This document shows positions 48,401 through 64,000 of a stretch of DNA of 64,000 nt, one piece after another. The stretch is from Blastocystis sp. Blastoise (lineage: Eukaryota > Protista > Bigyra: Opalinata). Within the stretch, counting starts at the first letter, position 1, and every line of letters begins with the position of its first letter. The stretch is from the NCBI GenBank assembly GCA_039096225.1, contig JBBPEB010000034.1, positions 1,240,001 through 1,304,000 of the forward strand, written 5' to 3'. A model generated the notes under the pieces. That model did not search any database. It saw nothing but the letters and a program-made list of their open reading frames with translations, and was not told the origin of the DNA. The position numbers were made by a program, and so were the translations under genes.

Positions 48401-48812
48401 TAGTAATCTTGTAAAGAGATAAGAGCTTCCATTTTCTTTTTCTTATTCAAATCCTCAAAAGCTTTACTATCATTTTTACTAATGAAATTGCTATCTGTAA
48501 TCATAACTGAAGACTTGTGAGTAATATATGTTAGTGTTTCTTTTATTATATCTTTCATTTTATTATCTATATATACATTTTTTCTTTCTATATAGGTAAT
48601 TATAGATCTTATCTCTTGTATTCTATTATGAAGGGTTTTTGGACAATTTGATCTGGGCAGAATATTTAGAGTAACGTATTTATATATAAAATCAGGAAAT
48701 AGTAAAATATTCAAACCATAATGATCAAGTTCTTCCTGATATAATACAAAAGCAAAATTGATTATATCACAAATACTAAGCATAATTTCATAACTATATA
48801 TATATATATATA

Positions 48813-48844
<32 letters not shown>

Positions 48845-49160
48845 GATACAAAATTTGTTTCTCAGATAGAGAATATATAGATATATCCGGTATTTTATCC
48901 TCAACCCCGTTTTCATAGAAGTCTCCAGTAATCACAGATTTAATTAAAGGTAAAGCATATTTTATAAATATTTTTGTATTTGTATCCATTAGTAGAATTC
49001 TTTTTCTACTACACTTTCTTTGATATTTCCAATATTTTATTATATTATATAGGCGACTAATATCATCATCACTTAATCGTTCTGGTAAAAAGCAACCAAG
49101 AAGATTTTTATTTATTTCTAATGATTTCTCACCAAGATTTATTTTTTCATTTAATTTTAC

Positions 49161-49220
<60 letters not shown>

Positions 49221-49522
49221 TTCTTAATTCTTGAATTGTATTTAATGATTCTTCATTATTGTTATTTTTCTTAAGTATCTAGAATTATTATATTTTTAAA
49301 TGTATATACATATAATATATATATAGATACATATCCTAATTGCAGATATATATAGGTTTGAAGATCCAAATCTTTTACAAGTAGTGGGTTAGTAATAATC
49401 TATAAATTAAAATTAAAATAAATATGATTATTATTTAAATATATACATGTTTAGTATAGTTTGTATCCGAGTTCAAAATTAAATTACACAAATTATTCAT
49501 AAAATCCTGTATATATATATTA

Positions 49523-49579
<57 letters not shown>

Positions 49580-49946
49580 GATTTTAAATATACTTCATTA
49601 TCATCAAGATTTATTTTGTATTGCTTCAAAAAATTATATATTTCTGATCTTATCTATTGAGTATATATATATATAAATCAAAAAATATTATTTTAAAATA
49701 TATTTATACTTCTTCATCTATTTCATTATTATTCTTAATTATATTTTGAATATCTATATATCGTATGAATTATAATAATAATAATGCATTTAATATATAA
49801 ACAATTATTACTTGATAATGTATATAGAAATGTTTTGAGTTCTTCTGAACTTATTAGAATTTCTTCATCATCTTCTTCTTCATTATTTTTAATTGCTAGT
49901 GGTATATAGTCTATTTTATTCTTATTTGATATAATTTTCCCATTAT

Positions 49947-49992
<46 letters not shown>

Positions 49993-51579
49993 GTGAGTCT
50001 ATATCAATTACATTATCTTGAATTTCGTCATTATTCTTGTTAGAATTGAATTTATAAGATTGATTATTATTTATCTTAATAGAATCATATTCTTTATTAT
50101 CTATAGATTTCTTTTTTATTTTTATATTTTTATGTAGAATCGGTGAAAGAAATGATGCTTCAATAGGAAATTCATGACAAGCAGGTAATTGTTTATTTAT
50201 AGAATTGGGATTACATTGATTATTTAAATTATTATTAGATATAGTAGATTTAATAGAATTATTAGAAATTGATATAGGTGGAGAAGGAGATGAATGAAAA
50301 TTATTGATAGATGAATTATTATTATGATTATTATTAAAAGTTGATATAGGTGGAGAAGGAAATGAATGAAATTTATTGATAGATAAATCATTATTATTAT
50401 TATTAGAAATTGATATAGGTGGAGATAGAGATGAATGAGATTTATTGATAGATAAATTATGATTATGATTATTATTAAAAATTGATATAGGTGGAGAAGG
50501 AGATGTATAAAATTGATTAATAGATGAATTATTATTATTATGATTATTATTAAAAATTGATATAGGTGGAGAAGGAGATGATATAGAAGATGGAGATGAA
50601 TTAAATTTATTGATACATGAATTATTATTATGATTATTATTAAAAATTGATATAGGTGGAGAAGGAGATGAATGAAAATTATTGATAGATGAATTATTAT
50701 TATGATTATTATTAAAAATTGATATAGGTGGAGAAGGAGATGATATAGAAGGAGATGAATTAAATTGAATAGAATGAATAGAAGGAGATGAATGAAAATT
50801 ATTGATAGATGAATTATTATTACGATTATTATTAAAAATTGATATAGGTGGAGAAGGAGATGATATAGAAGATGAAGATGAATTAAATTTATTGATAGAT
50901 GAATTATTATTATTATTATGATTATTATTAAAAATTGATATATGTGGAGAAGGAGATGATATAGAAGGTGAAGATAAATTAAATTGAATAGAATGAATAG
51001 AAGGAGATGATATAGAAGGTGAGTAATATAGATCACTATTCATATATAATGGATTAGGGTCTTTAGATAAAGGACTAGGAGGAAAAGAAGAACAAGAAGA
51101 AGAATCATCGATCAAAATTGTATTAACTATATATATTATTTATGAAATGAAAATTATATTATTATTAATGTATATATATATATATTACAATTATTATTTA
51201 ATATTTTTTTATTTTGTTTTTGAAATTTATTGTTATTTGAAGATGAGATTTCTATTTTATTATAAGATATTATTATAGTATATATATACTTTTTTTAGGT
51301 GTACTTGATTGACGAGTTTTTTCATAAGTAGAATCAATAGATAATTGTTGAGTTTCTAGTATATCATTTTTAAAACGATTGTTATTTTTTTTGATTTTAT
51401 TACTTTTAGTATTCGCTATAATTTTAATAATTAATATATAGATTTATTAATAATAATATATAAATTATTTTGGTATTAGATACAATCAAATTGATTAATA
51501 CTTATTTGGTTTTGCTATATAAATATAAATAATTTATTTATCATGTATTATGTATATTATATCATACAATTCTTTTCAT
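44392..51579 (-). CDS. Tyrosine recombinase gene, copy 2 (catalytic exons intact; three small lesions elsewhere may be real or assembly errors)
   Basis: ORF 47887-48783 differs from copy 1 by one amino acid (N->S). Exon 47838-47475 keeps YSYRHCFAT and CHHTNDVHDKYY. Lesions: lost splice acceptor near 49165, an extra T near 47433, and a 1-nt insertion near 46446. Confidence 0.72.
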
Positions 51580-51673
51580 TACTATTAAATAAGAAAAATA
51601 AATATTGTTATTTATAACTTATTTTTTTCTGAATAGTTTTTTTTTAATCAATTATATTTTAATATAAAATAAA

Positions 51674-51827
51674 AACTGTAAACAAACTGTAAACAAACTG
51701 TATATTAACTGTATATTAACTGTATATTAACTGTATATTAACTGTATATTAACTGTATATTAACTGTATATTAACTGTATATTAACTGTATACTAAATAA
51801 AATTAAACTGTATATAAACTGTATACA
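51674..51827. repeat. 11-bp phased direct repeats (AACTGTATATT), 13 AACTGTA cores
   Basis: Expanded counterpart of 27136-27256 in the same 11-bp register. Confidence 0.9.
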
Positions 51828-54800
51828 AAATTTTTCTGATCAACGAATGGTTTATATATATAGGATTTAAATATATTTTTAAATATAATTATTATATATA
51901 TATATGTTTTTATATATCGTACATTATTTTTTTTCCAGTTTAACAAATTTAGAATATAAATTTATAAAAACTTAATTATAAGAAAAATAAAATAATTAAT
52001 ACTAACCCTGTTGATACGATGACAATCAGTATCAGTATCATTTCTATTGTTAATTATATTATTTTTTTGATGATGCTAATTTATATATTGTTTTTTATTT
52101 ATGTATATAGTATATACTTTATAAGTCAAAAGAATAATATTAAAAATTAATTGAAAAAATTTATAAAAGTATATTATCTATATTATGACTTATTCTATTT
52201 GAATTTGGTAGTTCTTTGACATATGACACCATTTTATTCTATGTATATAATCTAAAGATTATAAATATATAGATGAGATTCATTTAAATATCATATTTCA
52301 GGATATAGAGCATAAAATTGTCGATGAAAAATTATAAAAAATCTTGCATCAAAAATCATTTTTTTCAATCATAATTGATCCTATCAACTCATTCACACAA
52401 ATTATAACACTTTTAAAGCTATATTATATATATACATACTATTTAGATATTTCTTAGTAAATATGTTTCTTTAAAATATAAAATTGAATGAAAATCGTTT
52501 AAAAAATCGATAGCTTAAAGAAATGATTTCTATAAAAGAGTCATAACCACATTTATTTATTATATTTTTAACACTTTTATATGTTATATATAATTATGAT
52601 AGTGTTATTATTCTATACAAAAAGAATTATTATTATTAAATAAGAATTGACGGAGCTATATGACTTTTATTAAAGAGAGGCAAAAAAAAATTAAAAAAAC
52701 TTAAATTTCTTCTTTTCATTTTTGATACCCTAGATAATGAATTTTGAAGCAAATCTGTTCGTATGCATTTAATACATGATATAGCTTAGTAATAACTAAA
52801 AATAACAAATTTAGAAGACAAAAAAAAACAACATATTGCATTTTGACCCAATGTCGACTTGTCAAGATAAATCTATTAAAGTATTATTTCTTATGTATGG
52901 ACAATACTGTATATGAATATAAACGATATAAATTGATTTGATAACTTTAAATAAGTCAAAAGACCCTTTTTTCAATCTTGCCAAAACTGATTCATTTTGT
53001 ACGAAAATTTTATTTTTTTTATTTCAACTTTTCTCAATGATGGATTGTCGTTATATTATGTTTGACACCAAAAAATATATCTACGTTTTATAAACTTTAT
53101 ATCTATTATGCTTTTATATTATTATTCTGAAAATGGAAGACACTATTACAATAACAAGATTAAAAAAGTGATTGATCATGATTTTTAAATAATCAAGGCT
53201 ACTGATCTCATTTTTGAACTAATATGTCTTAAATATACAAAATATGTATCTGTAGGTTATTCTTGTTCGATATTGGTGTCTTTCATATATATTTAATATA
53301 TTTTTATTGGTGAATGAGTTAAAAGAAACTTGAGTATGCGAATTATTTTTTTCTAAAAATTTCAGTTTTTTAAATCTCATTCGTAAGTACTCATTTAAGT
53401 TATATTTAAAAATTATGAATATACATATGTGTACTAGATCCTTATTACTATCTATTTGATATACATATATGTTTGAATAAGGACCTTTTTCAAAACTGAT
53501 GCAAATGCTGACTTGAATAGAAAAGTATAAGTGTGTTATTCTAAACACATATCATATGTATTTTAGTTTAATACACATTTTAGAAAGTATTTGGCACAGC
53601 ATTCTCATTTCGAAATGTTAATTTTTCACTTTTAAAGAATCTAGTTGTAAGAAAATGTTCTACAGGTCAAAATATCTACAAAAAGTAAAAAAATGTGAAT
53701 ATTAATATTGTTTAATAGTGACTAAAAAGAAAATAAAAGTAAATTGAAAAACAAATTATTTAAATAAAAAATAGAAAATAAAGAATTCTAAGAGATTTTA
53801 AGAATTCTAGAAGAAATGAAGAGAAAAATATTTTAAAAATTTTAGAGTCATTTCAAAAATCAAAAATTTAATTAGAAAAAACAATATTTTTAAATGAAAT
53901 ATAGCTTGTTTTCAATACTTTATTATGTTATATGTAATCTTATATTTAGTAAAAGCTCGTTTAAACAGTCATAGATACCTATATAAATTTATATGAAAAG
54001 TCATTCTTATATTATTTTTCTTAATTAATTATATGACTTTTTTTGAATACAATATTTGACCTCATAATTGAGTATATAATATATGTCACATATCAAGTGT
54101 ATTCAATCAAAACCTAAAAATATATTTTAATTGCTTTGAAGAATAGAAATGACTTTAAGATTTACTTGTTTTGTTATTTTAATAGAAATTAGATTTTAAA
54201 CAAAAATATCATACTAATATATAAAAGATGATATGTAACTAAATATGAAAACTATATTTTTGATATTATTTATTATATAATCGTTGAATGAGAAGAGTTT
54301 GTTTCTTTTTTTTTTCTTTCAGTTTTTATTCTTATATTTTAATTTCATTAGTTTATGTTATATTGATGATAAATACTATTGTAAGGTAATTTTAAAAATA
54401 TATCTTTAAGTATACAATTAAGAAATAATAGGCTCATTCTTGTTAATTTAACTTTCATCAAAATTTTATATATCAAAAAATTGTTTATTATATATTTTGC
54501 TATGTCTATATACCTAAACCTTCTTTCACTTTTTTTTCATTAAATATTTTCTTATTTTCAAATATTAAACAAACAGAATTTAAACTCATTCTTAAGACAT
54601 CCAAAATTTGTAAATATATATTTCCTTAAAACATTCACAAGAGTTATTCATTGTTTTAGTTTCATTCAAATCAATATAAAATATTTCAATAATTTGTTTT
54701 TATTTTCTAATATTCTCTTATAATCAAGTATCAAGTGTTGTTTTACAAATTGACTAATAATCATCTTTTGTATTCATAGACTAAACGATATATTATATAT

Positions 54801-55257
54801 TTCTATATCTATTGATAGTGTTTTATTCATGTATGATATTCTTAAATTATTATATATTTTAATTTTAAGATATATTCATTAAATTTAATTCTTAATCTTT
54901 TTTGTTTTGTTTTATTATCAAAGAATGAAGATATTTTTTTTTATATATAACATTGAAACATTAGGGTTAGGAAGCTAAACAAGTAATTTTTAAATAATAG
55001 TTACTAAAGCAAAGACACTTAAACAACACATTTGTTTTATAACAAAAAATATAAAGTTATTTATTTTATGTACTCACACCTTATTCCAATATACATATTA
55101 TTATAACATACTAATATACTATAATGAATGATATATTATGTCAATAGTCTCTGATGAAATATCATCATATTTTCAATATAATGATAAACAACAATGTATA
55201 TAAACAATATTCTTTTTTTGAAATTTCTGGTAAGTATTAAAGTTAATTATATGTAGC

Positions 55258-55272
55258 AGGTTAGGGTTAGGG
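55258..55272 (+). repeat. Short telomeric tract AGGTTAGGGTTAGGG joining copy 2 to copy 3
   Basis: Follows ..TTATATGTAGC, where copy 1 continues TATTATAG at 30683. Confidence 0.85.
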
Positions 55273-55358
55273 AAAAAAAAATATATACTGAGAGTATGTT
55301 ATAAAATGTTATAATATTTTTTAATATTATAAATATAATTGGATAAAAAAAGATATTA

Positions 55359-55949
55359 TTGATTTAATTGGTAGTCTAGAATCGTAGAATCGTAGAGTCT
55401 ACGATTGTATGATTGTAGGATTAAATAAACCAATAGAATAAGTTTAAAAAAAAATCAACCAAAATAGTATTAGGGTAAAAAAGTGAACCAAAATAGTATT
55501 AGGGTAAAAAAATGATAGAATAAAGTGGTAATGTTTTAAAAGAAGGGTTCTCAAAATTTTATTAGGGTGAAAATAATTAATTTAATTGGTTAAAAAAATA
55601 AAATAAAATAATTGGGTATTGTAGAATTGAAAAAAGAAGAAAATAATTGGATAAAAAAAGATTTATCCAATAAAAATAGAGTTTTTCATTTCTACAATCA
55701 TAGAATCGTAGACTCTACGATTCTACGATTGTAGAATATAAGATAATGAATTTGATTGGTAGTCTACAATCGTAGAGTCTACGATTCTACGATTGTAGGA
55801 TTGTAGGAAAATGAATTTGATTGGCTGTCTACAATCGTAGAATCGTAGAGTCTACGATTCTACGATTGTAGGATGAAATAAGCCAATAGAATGAATTAAA
55901 ATAAAAAAGTCAACCAAAATGTTATTAGGGTAAAAAAGTGGTTGACCTT
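55359..55949. promoter_or_regulatory. Cis-module copy with four palindromes, CCAAT boxes and TTAGGGT sites
   Basis: Matches 35190-35780; perfect palindrome at 55829-55871. Confidence 0.6.
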
Positions 55950-57986
55950 TTTGAGAGGCTTTTTTATTTTGCTTTATTTTTTTTGTTTATTTTTTAAATT
56001 ATAATGGTAATTCTTTTATTTTTATTTATTTAATGAATTCAATATATTTATTTTTATTTTTATAATGAAATATTATTTATATTAAATAATAAATAGACGC
56101 CATTCTTGGCTTGGGTTTGAATGTGTAGCTATTTATAGTGTTAGGATACCTGTGGTCTGTTGAAATATGGTGCTATTCATGGATCTGTTTGAATTACTAC
56201 GTTTGAAAAGGTTTAAGGTAAGAATGGGAAGATTTTAATTATGGTATATATTTTATTTTTATATTATATCATACTATATTATTGATTGTCTTATTATATA
56301 GTTGAAAGTGATGTTTATGAATGAAAATTCATAACATCACTTTTTCCCATTGTCTTTGTAGTGTTGGTTTTGGTACTTATGATGATAAACTATGTTCTAC
56401 GATGATTTTGGATCATTTATGTTGTCTTAGTATCATTGGAATACTTTTTAAGGTATATATTATATTAGACAATTGTGGTGATTATGTATAAATATTTTAT
56501 ATTATATAGTTATTTTTATATAGAAAGTATATATAGGATGAGTTGAGTGTGTTTAATGAAGTATTAAGTCTTTTTTGTAAGTATTAGGTATAGAAATTAT
56601 TAAAATAGGTAAAAAAAATTATAACAAAAATTCAAAAATTTCTAAACTATTCTTTCAACTAGAGGGTGTTTCACCCATCAAATAGGTATATATTATTTAT
56701 TTTATTCTATATTATTATTATATAGGTTGTGCGTGTGTTGGATATATATATAATATATAATATAAATAAAAAATACATAATAAAAAAAGAAAAATTGATT
56801 GAATATCATTTTTATTTTTTATTTTAAAATTTAATTTTTTAATATGTTTATATAATTATTATAATATAATATGAATACAATCAATGTGAATTAACATATA
56901 GATACTATTTAAATAAATAAAAGTTTTGTTTAAAGACATTTTGTAAAAAACTATGAATTCACTCATGTTGACTTAAATAAACAAAAATAACTTTTATGAA
57001 GTTATTATAGACTAATAAACATATGTGTATGATAATAACTTGTTTTAAAAACAAAATAGTTTAATAATGTTAAGAATTGTGTGTATAAAAGAATACTTGA
57101 AAAATGATTATAATAAAATATTGATAATTAAGTCATAAAGTAATTAAATAAGTGAATCATGAACAGTTTGAAGATAGTTGAAGGAGAGACTTTGACATGA
57201 TTTGTTTTAAATATTTTATAAAAACATGTTAAATGAATTTATAAAGTGATTATTAATAAGAATTAAACATAATAATAACTTTAAGAAAATAATTAATAAG
57301 AATGAGAAGATAATGTTTTAGTAAAGTATAAAATAAAAAATATATATGATGACTAGAGATGATAATGAGTATAAAAATGAATAAATAATGAATATTAAGA
57401 GTATCTAAATAATAAATAAATAAAAAGAAGAAGTTTGAAAAGATAGATAAAGTTCTTAGTATAATTTTTCTTTTTATTCTCATTTTATTATTTTTAAATA
57501 ACATATATTATTCTTTTGAATTAAAATTGATACTATTCATTGAATAATAGTCTATAGTATACACTAGTATGACTAAAAGTTGAAAAATAGAATAAAATAT
57601 TTTTTAAGAATGGATGAATTGTGTGTAAACATAGTTGTTTAGAATGCTTATATAAGTTTAATATGTTATAATGAATATTTATAATTGAAAAAAGATAATA
57701 AATTAACATATTTTATATAAAAATGTTTTAATTACTGGTGCTGAAGTGTTGATATAAACATATTAAGATGATATTTGTCATGAGAATTGAAAATAAAGGT
57801 AGAAAAGAAAGAAATATTAATTAGAAGACTATATTACTATTTGAAAATTTTTTAATTTTTGTAAATACAAAGAGATTTCTTGATGATTAAATAATTGAAG
57901 ATAACTATATATATTACATAATTGATTAGATAAACATTTGAATTCTATATATATAGAATAATAATTATAAATTAAAAGAATAGAAT

Positions 57987-58057
57987 AATTTAAGTCAGGA
58001 ATCGAACCTGATATATATATAATATTTATATATTCTATCCATTTATAGAAATTAAAT
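57987..58057 (-). ncRNA. tRNA-like cloverleaf 1, second copy
   Basis: Same sequence as 37818-37888. Confidence 0.5.
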
Positions 58058-58165
58058 ATTAAAATAATAATATATTTTAATATATTGAATTCATCTTCTA
58101 TATATATATATATAATATAATTATAATATAAAAATTAATTATAAAAAGAATATAATAAAATAAAA

Positions 58166-58229
58166 TATTTAAGCCAGGATTTGAACCTGTATATATATAT
58201 ATATATCCATCCATTATGGAGCTTAAATA
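58166..58229 (-). ncRNA. tRNA-like fold 2, second copy
   Basis: Same sequence as 37997-38060. Confidence 0.5.
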
Positions 58230-58319
58230 CGATAAACAAAAGTAATTATAAGTATATATGAATAGAAAATAATATATATATATATAAAATTATAGAAAAA
58301 CACAATAAAAGTTACAAGA

Positions 58320-59270
58320 AAGGAATACCAATGTGAAAGAAAAAAAAAAAGGGAAATATTAGAATAAAAAAAGATTATGTATAAATATATATATATATAT
58401 ATATACGAAAGCAACAAAGCTATTAATACACCAAGAGAACAAAATACATAAAAAATAAAATATATATTATATAAAATAGTTAATAAAAATAATATAAAAT
58501 AGTATAATAAACCACATAAATATGTAAATATAAAAAATAAATATATAATAGATAAAGACAAATATAATAAAAAAAAAAATAAAAATATAATATATATATT
58601 TACATAAGATACCTAAAATTGTAACCCAATTCATCTCAAATAACATTACAAGACTATAAACAAGACAAAGAATCCAAATAGAAGCAAAAGAAGAAAAATA
58701 TCAAGCACAATGGAGACGATGATCATCTCTTTGATAACAAAAACTATATATAAATACTGTATATAAATAAATAAGATGATAATAAATATATTTATAATAA
58801 TATAAAAGTAAATAAAGAATAAAAAATAATAAAAAAAAAAGAAAAAATAAATAAATAAAAATATACAGGAAAAAGGATATTTTTGATAAAGAAGAGATCA
58901 TTTGAGTAGAATAGAAAGGTCATAAAGAACATCATAATAGTTTGAGAGCATTAAAACCAAAGAAGAAAGGAAACAACGAACCCATGATGGGTGAATTAAC
59001 CTTTAAACTATATAAAATAATAATAAAATGAATAGAATAAATATATAAATACCTTGTAGATTGTTTGAACACATTAAAACCAACAAGAAAGGAAACCAAC
59101 ACAGAGATCACCAATCAGGTAACACCAAGACTTCCTAAATAAATATATAATATTAAATAGATAAATAATATAGAATATATACCATTTTAAGCACTTTTTG
59201 AAGAACAGCAAAAGGAATGGAGATTTTGAAGAATGGAGAGACTACAAGACCTAAGAATGAGACAGCTAGG
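58320..59270 (-). pseudogene. Membrane-protein pseudogene, second copy
   Basis: Paralogue of 38150-39110 with a divergent internal patch. Confidence 0.4.
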
Positions 59271-60147
59271 AGATATAGAGATGATAAATAGATAACATAC
59301 ATAATTAATTAAAAAGATAAAGTTTTGATAAATATATAAGATAGATAAATAATGAAATTTGAAATTGTTTTTAGTGAAGACAAAAGAAAAGTGTCATTAT
59401 AAATAAGAATCACGATTTCATGAATGGATCTCGTTATAATTTGAATAAATTTTATGTTTTTTTTAAAACTTGTTTTTTAAAAATAGTTTTTCTTTAGATA
59501 ATGTGTTGTTTTAAATATAAATGTGTTTTTGAATGTTTATAATAACTCAAGATGTAAACATTATTAGTAAATTTATTTTATTGAATTATTTTATAGATAA
59601 AAAAATAGTGATCCGTGACAAAAAGCTTTAATAAAGAGTATTTAGCATATATTATAGACTTATAAAGCAATTCAAGATGAAAATGAGTTCAAATATTGTT
59701 TAATTATTGATATTAAGAGATAAAAAGGTGATGTTTATAATTGTATTTCAAATGAGTTTATTGAGTTTATATTGAGTTGATAGAGCTTATGCTTGATAGA
59801 ATAGAGTTGATTTAGATTTATTTATTATTAAACAGTGAATGGATTGACAATGTTAACTTTTTATTGATTAAATGATTATAAATTGTGTTTAAAATAGTAT
59901 ATAGAGATAAAAAAATAAAAAAATAATTTATATTATAATGATATTTATAAAAGAATATTAAAAATGTAAAACACAGATCGTTGTTTTATTCGTTTACGGT
60001 AAAAGTTAAATGAATCCGTATAATTTTATTTTAATTCTTGAAATATAGAAAAAATTGACACTTGGTCTTTGATTTATTTTTTTTTTAAGTTATGTGTTGC
60101 TGTGATGCTTTATTCAGATTGAATATATTAAATTCAATAAATAAACA

Positions 60148-64000
<3,853 letters not shown>

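Overview
Extremely AT-rich eukaryotic nuclear DNA with many short GT..AG introns (about 30-90 nt, often GTAT...TAG) and TTAGGG telomere repeats. The gene style resembles AT-rich Blastocystis-type protists; this is an inference. The left ~15 kb holds three ordinary intron-rich genes: a secreted Ig/filamin-like repeat protein, a BTB-like/LRR-like family protein and a TLDc-domain protein. From ~16 kb onward the window is a head-to-tail subtelomeric chain of a ~20.2-kb unit, with copies at ~16.4-33.4 kb, 35.1-55.3 kb and 55.3 kb-end, separated by interstitial (TTAGGG)n tracts. The complete unit (35.1-55.3 kb) begins at a fixed junction (TTAGGG-A9-ATATATACTGAGAG). It carries a ~0.9-kb cis-module with four octamer-built palindromes, CCAAT boxes and single TTAGGG sites; two tandem tRNA-like folds; two decayed genes; and a ~7-kb multi-exon gene. 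Splicing that gene by hand reveals a tyrosine-recombinase active site (R..K..YxxRH..H-x8-Y) that the ORF track splits. The right ends of the units vary and are capped by telomere repeats, and one copy has precisely lost an intron. The best candidate for a new system is a telomere-associated, tyrosine-recombinase-encoding tandem element. Parts of 33.4-35.1 kb look like low-quality long-read consensus.
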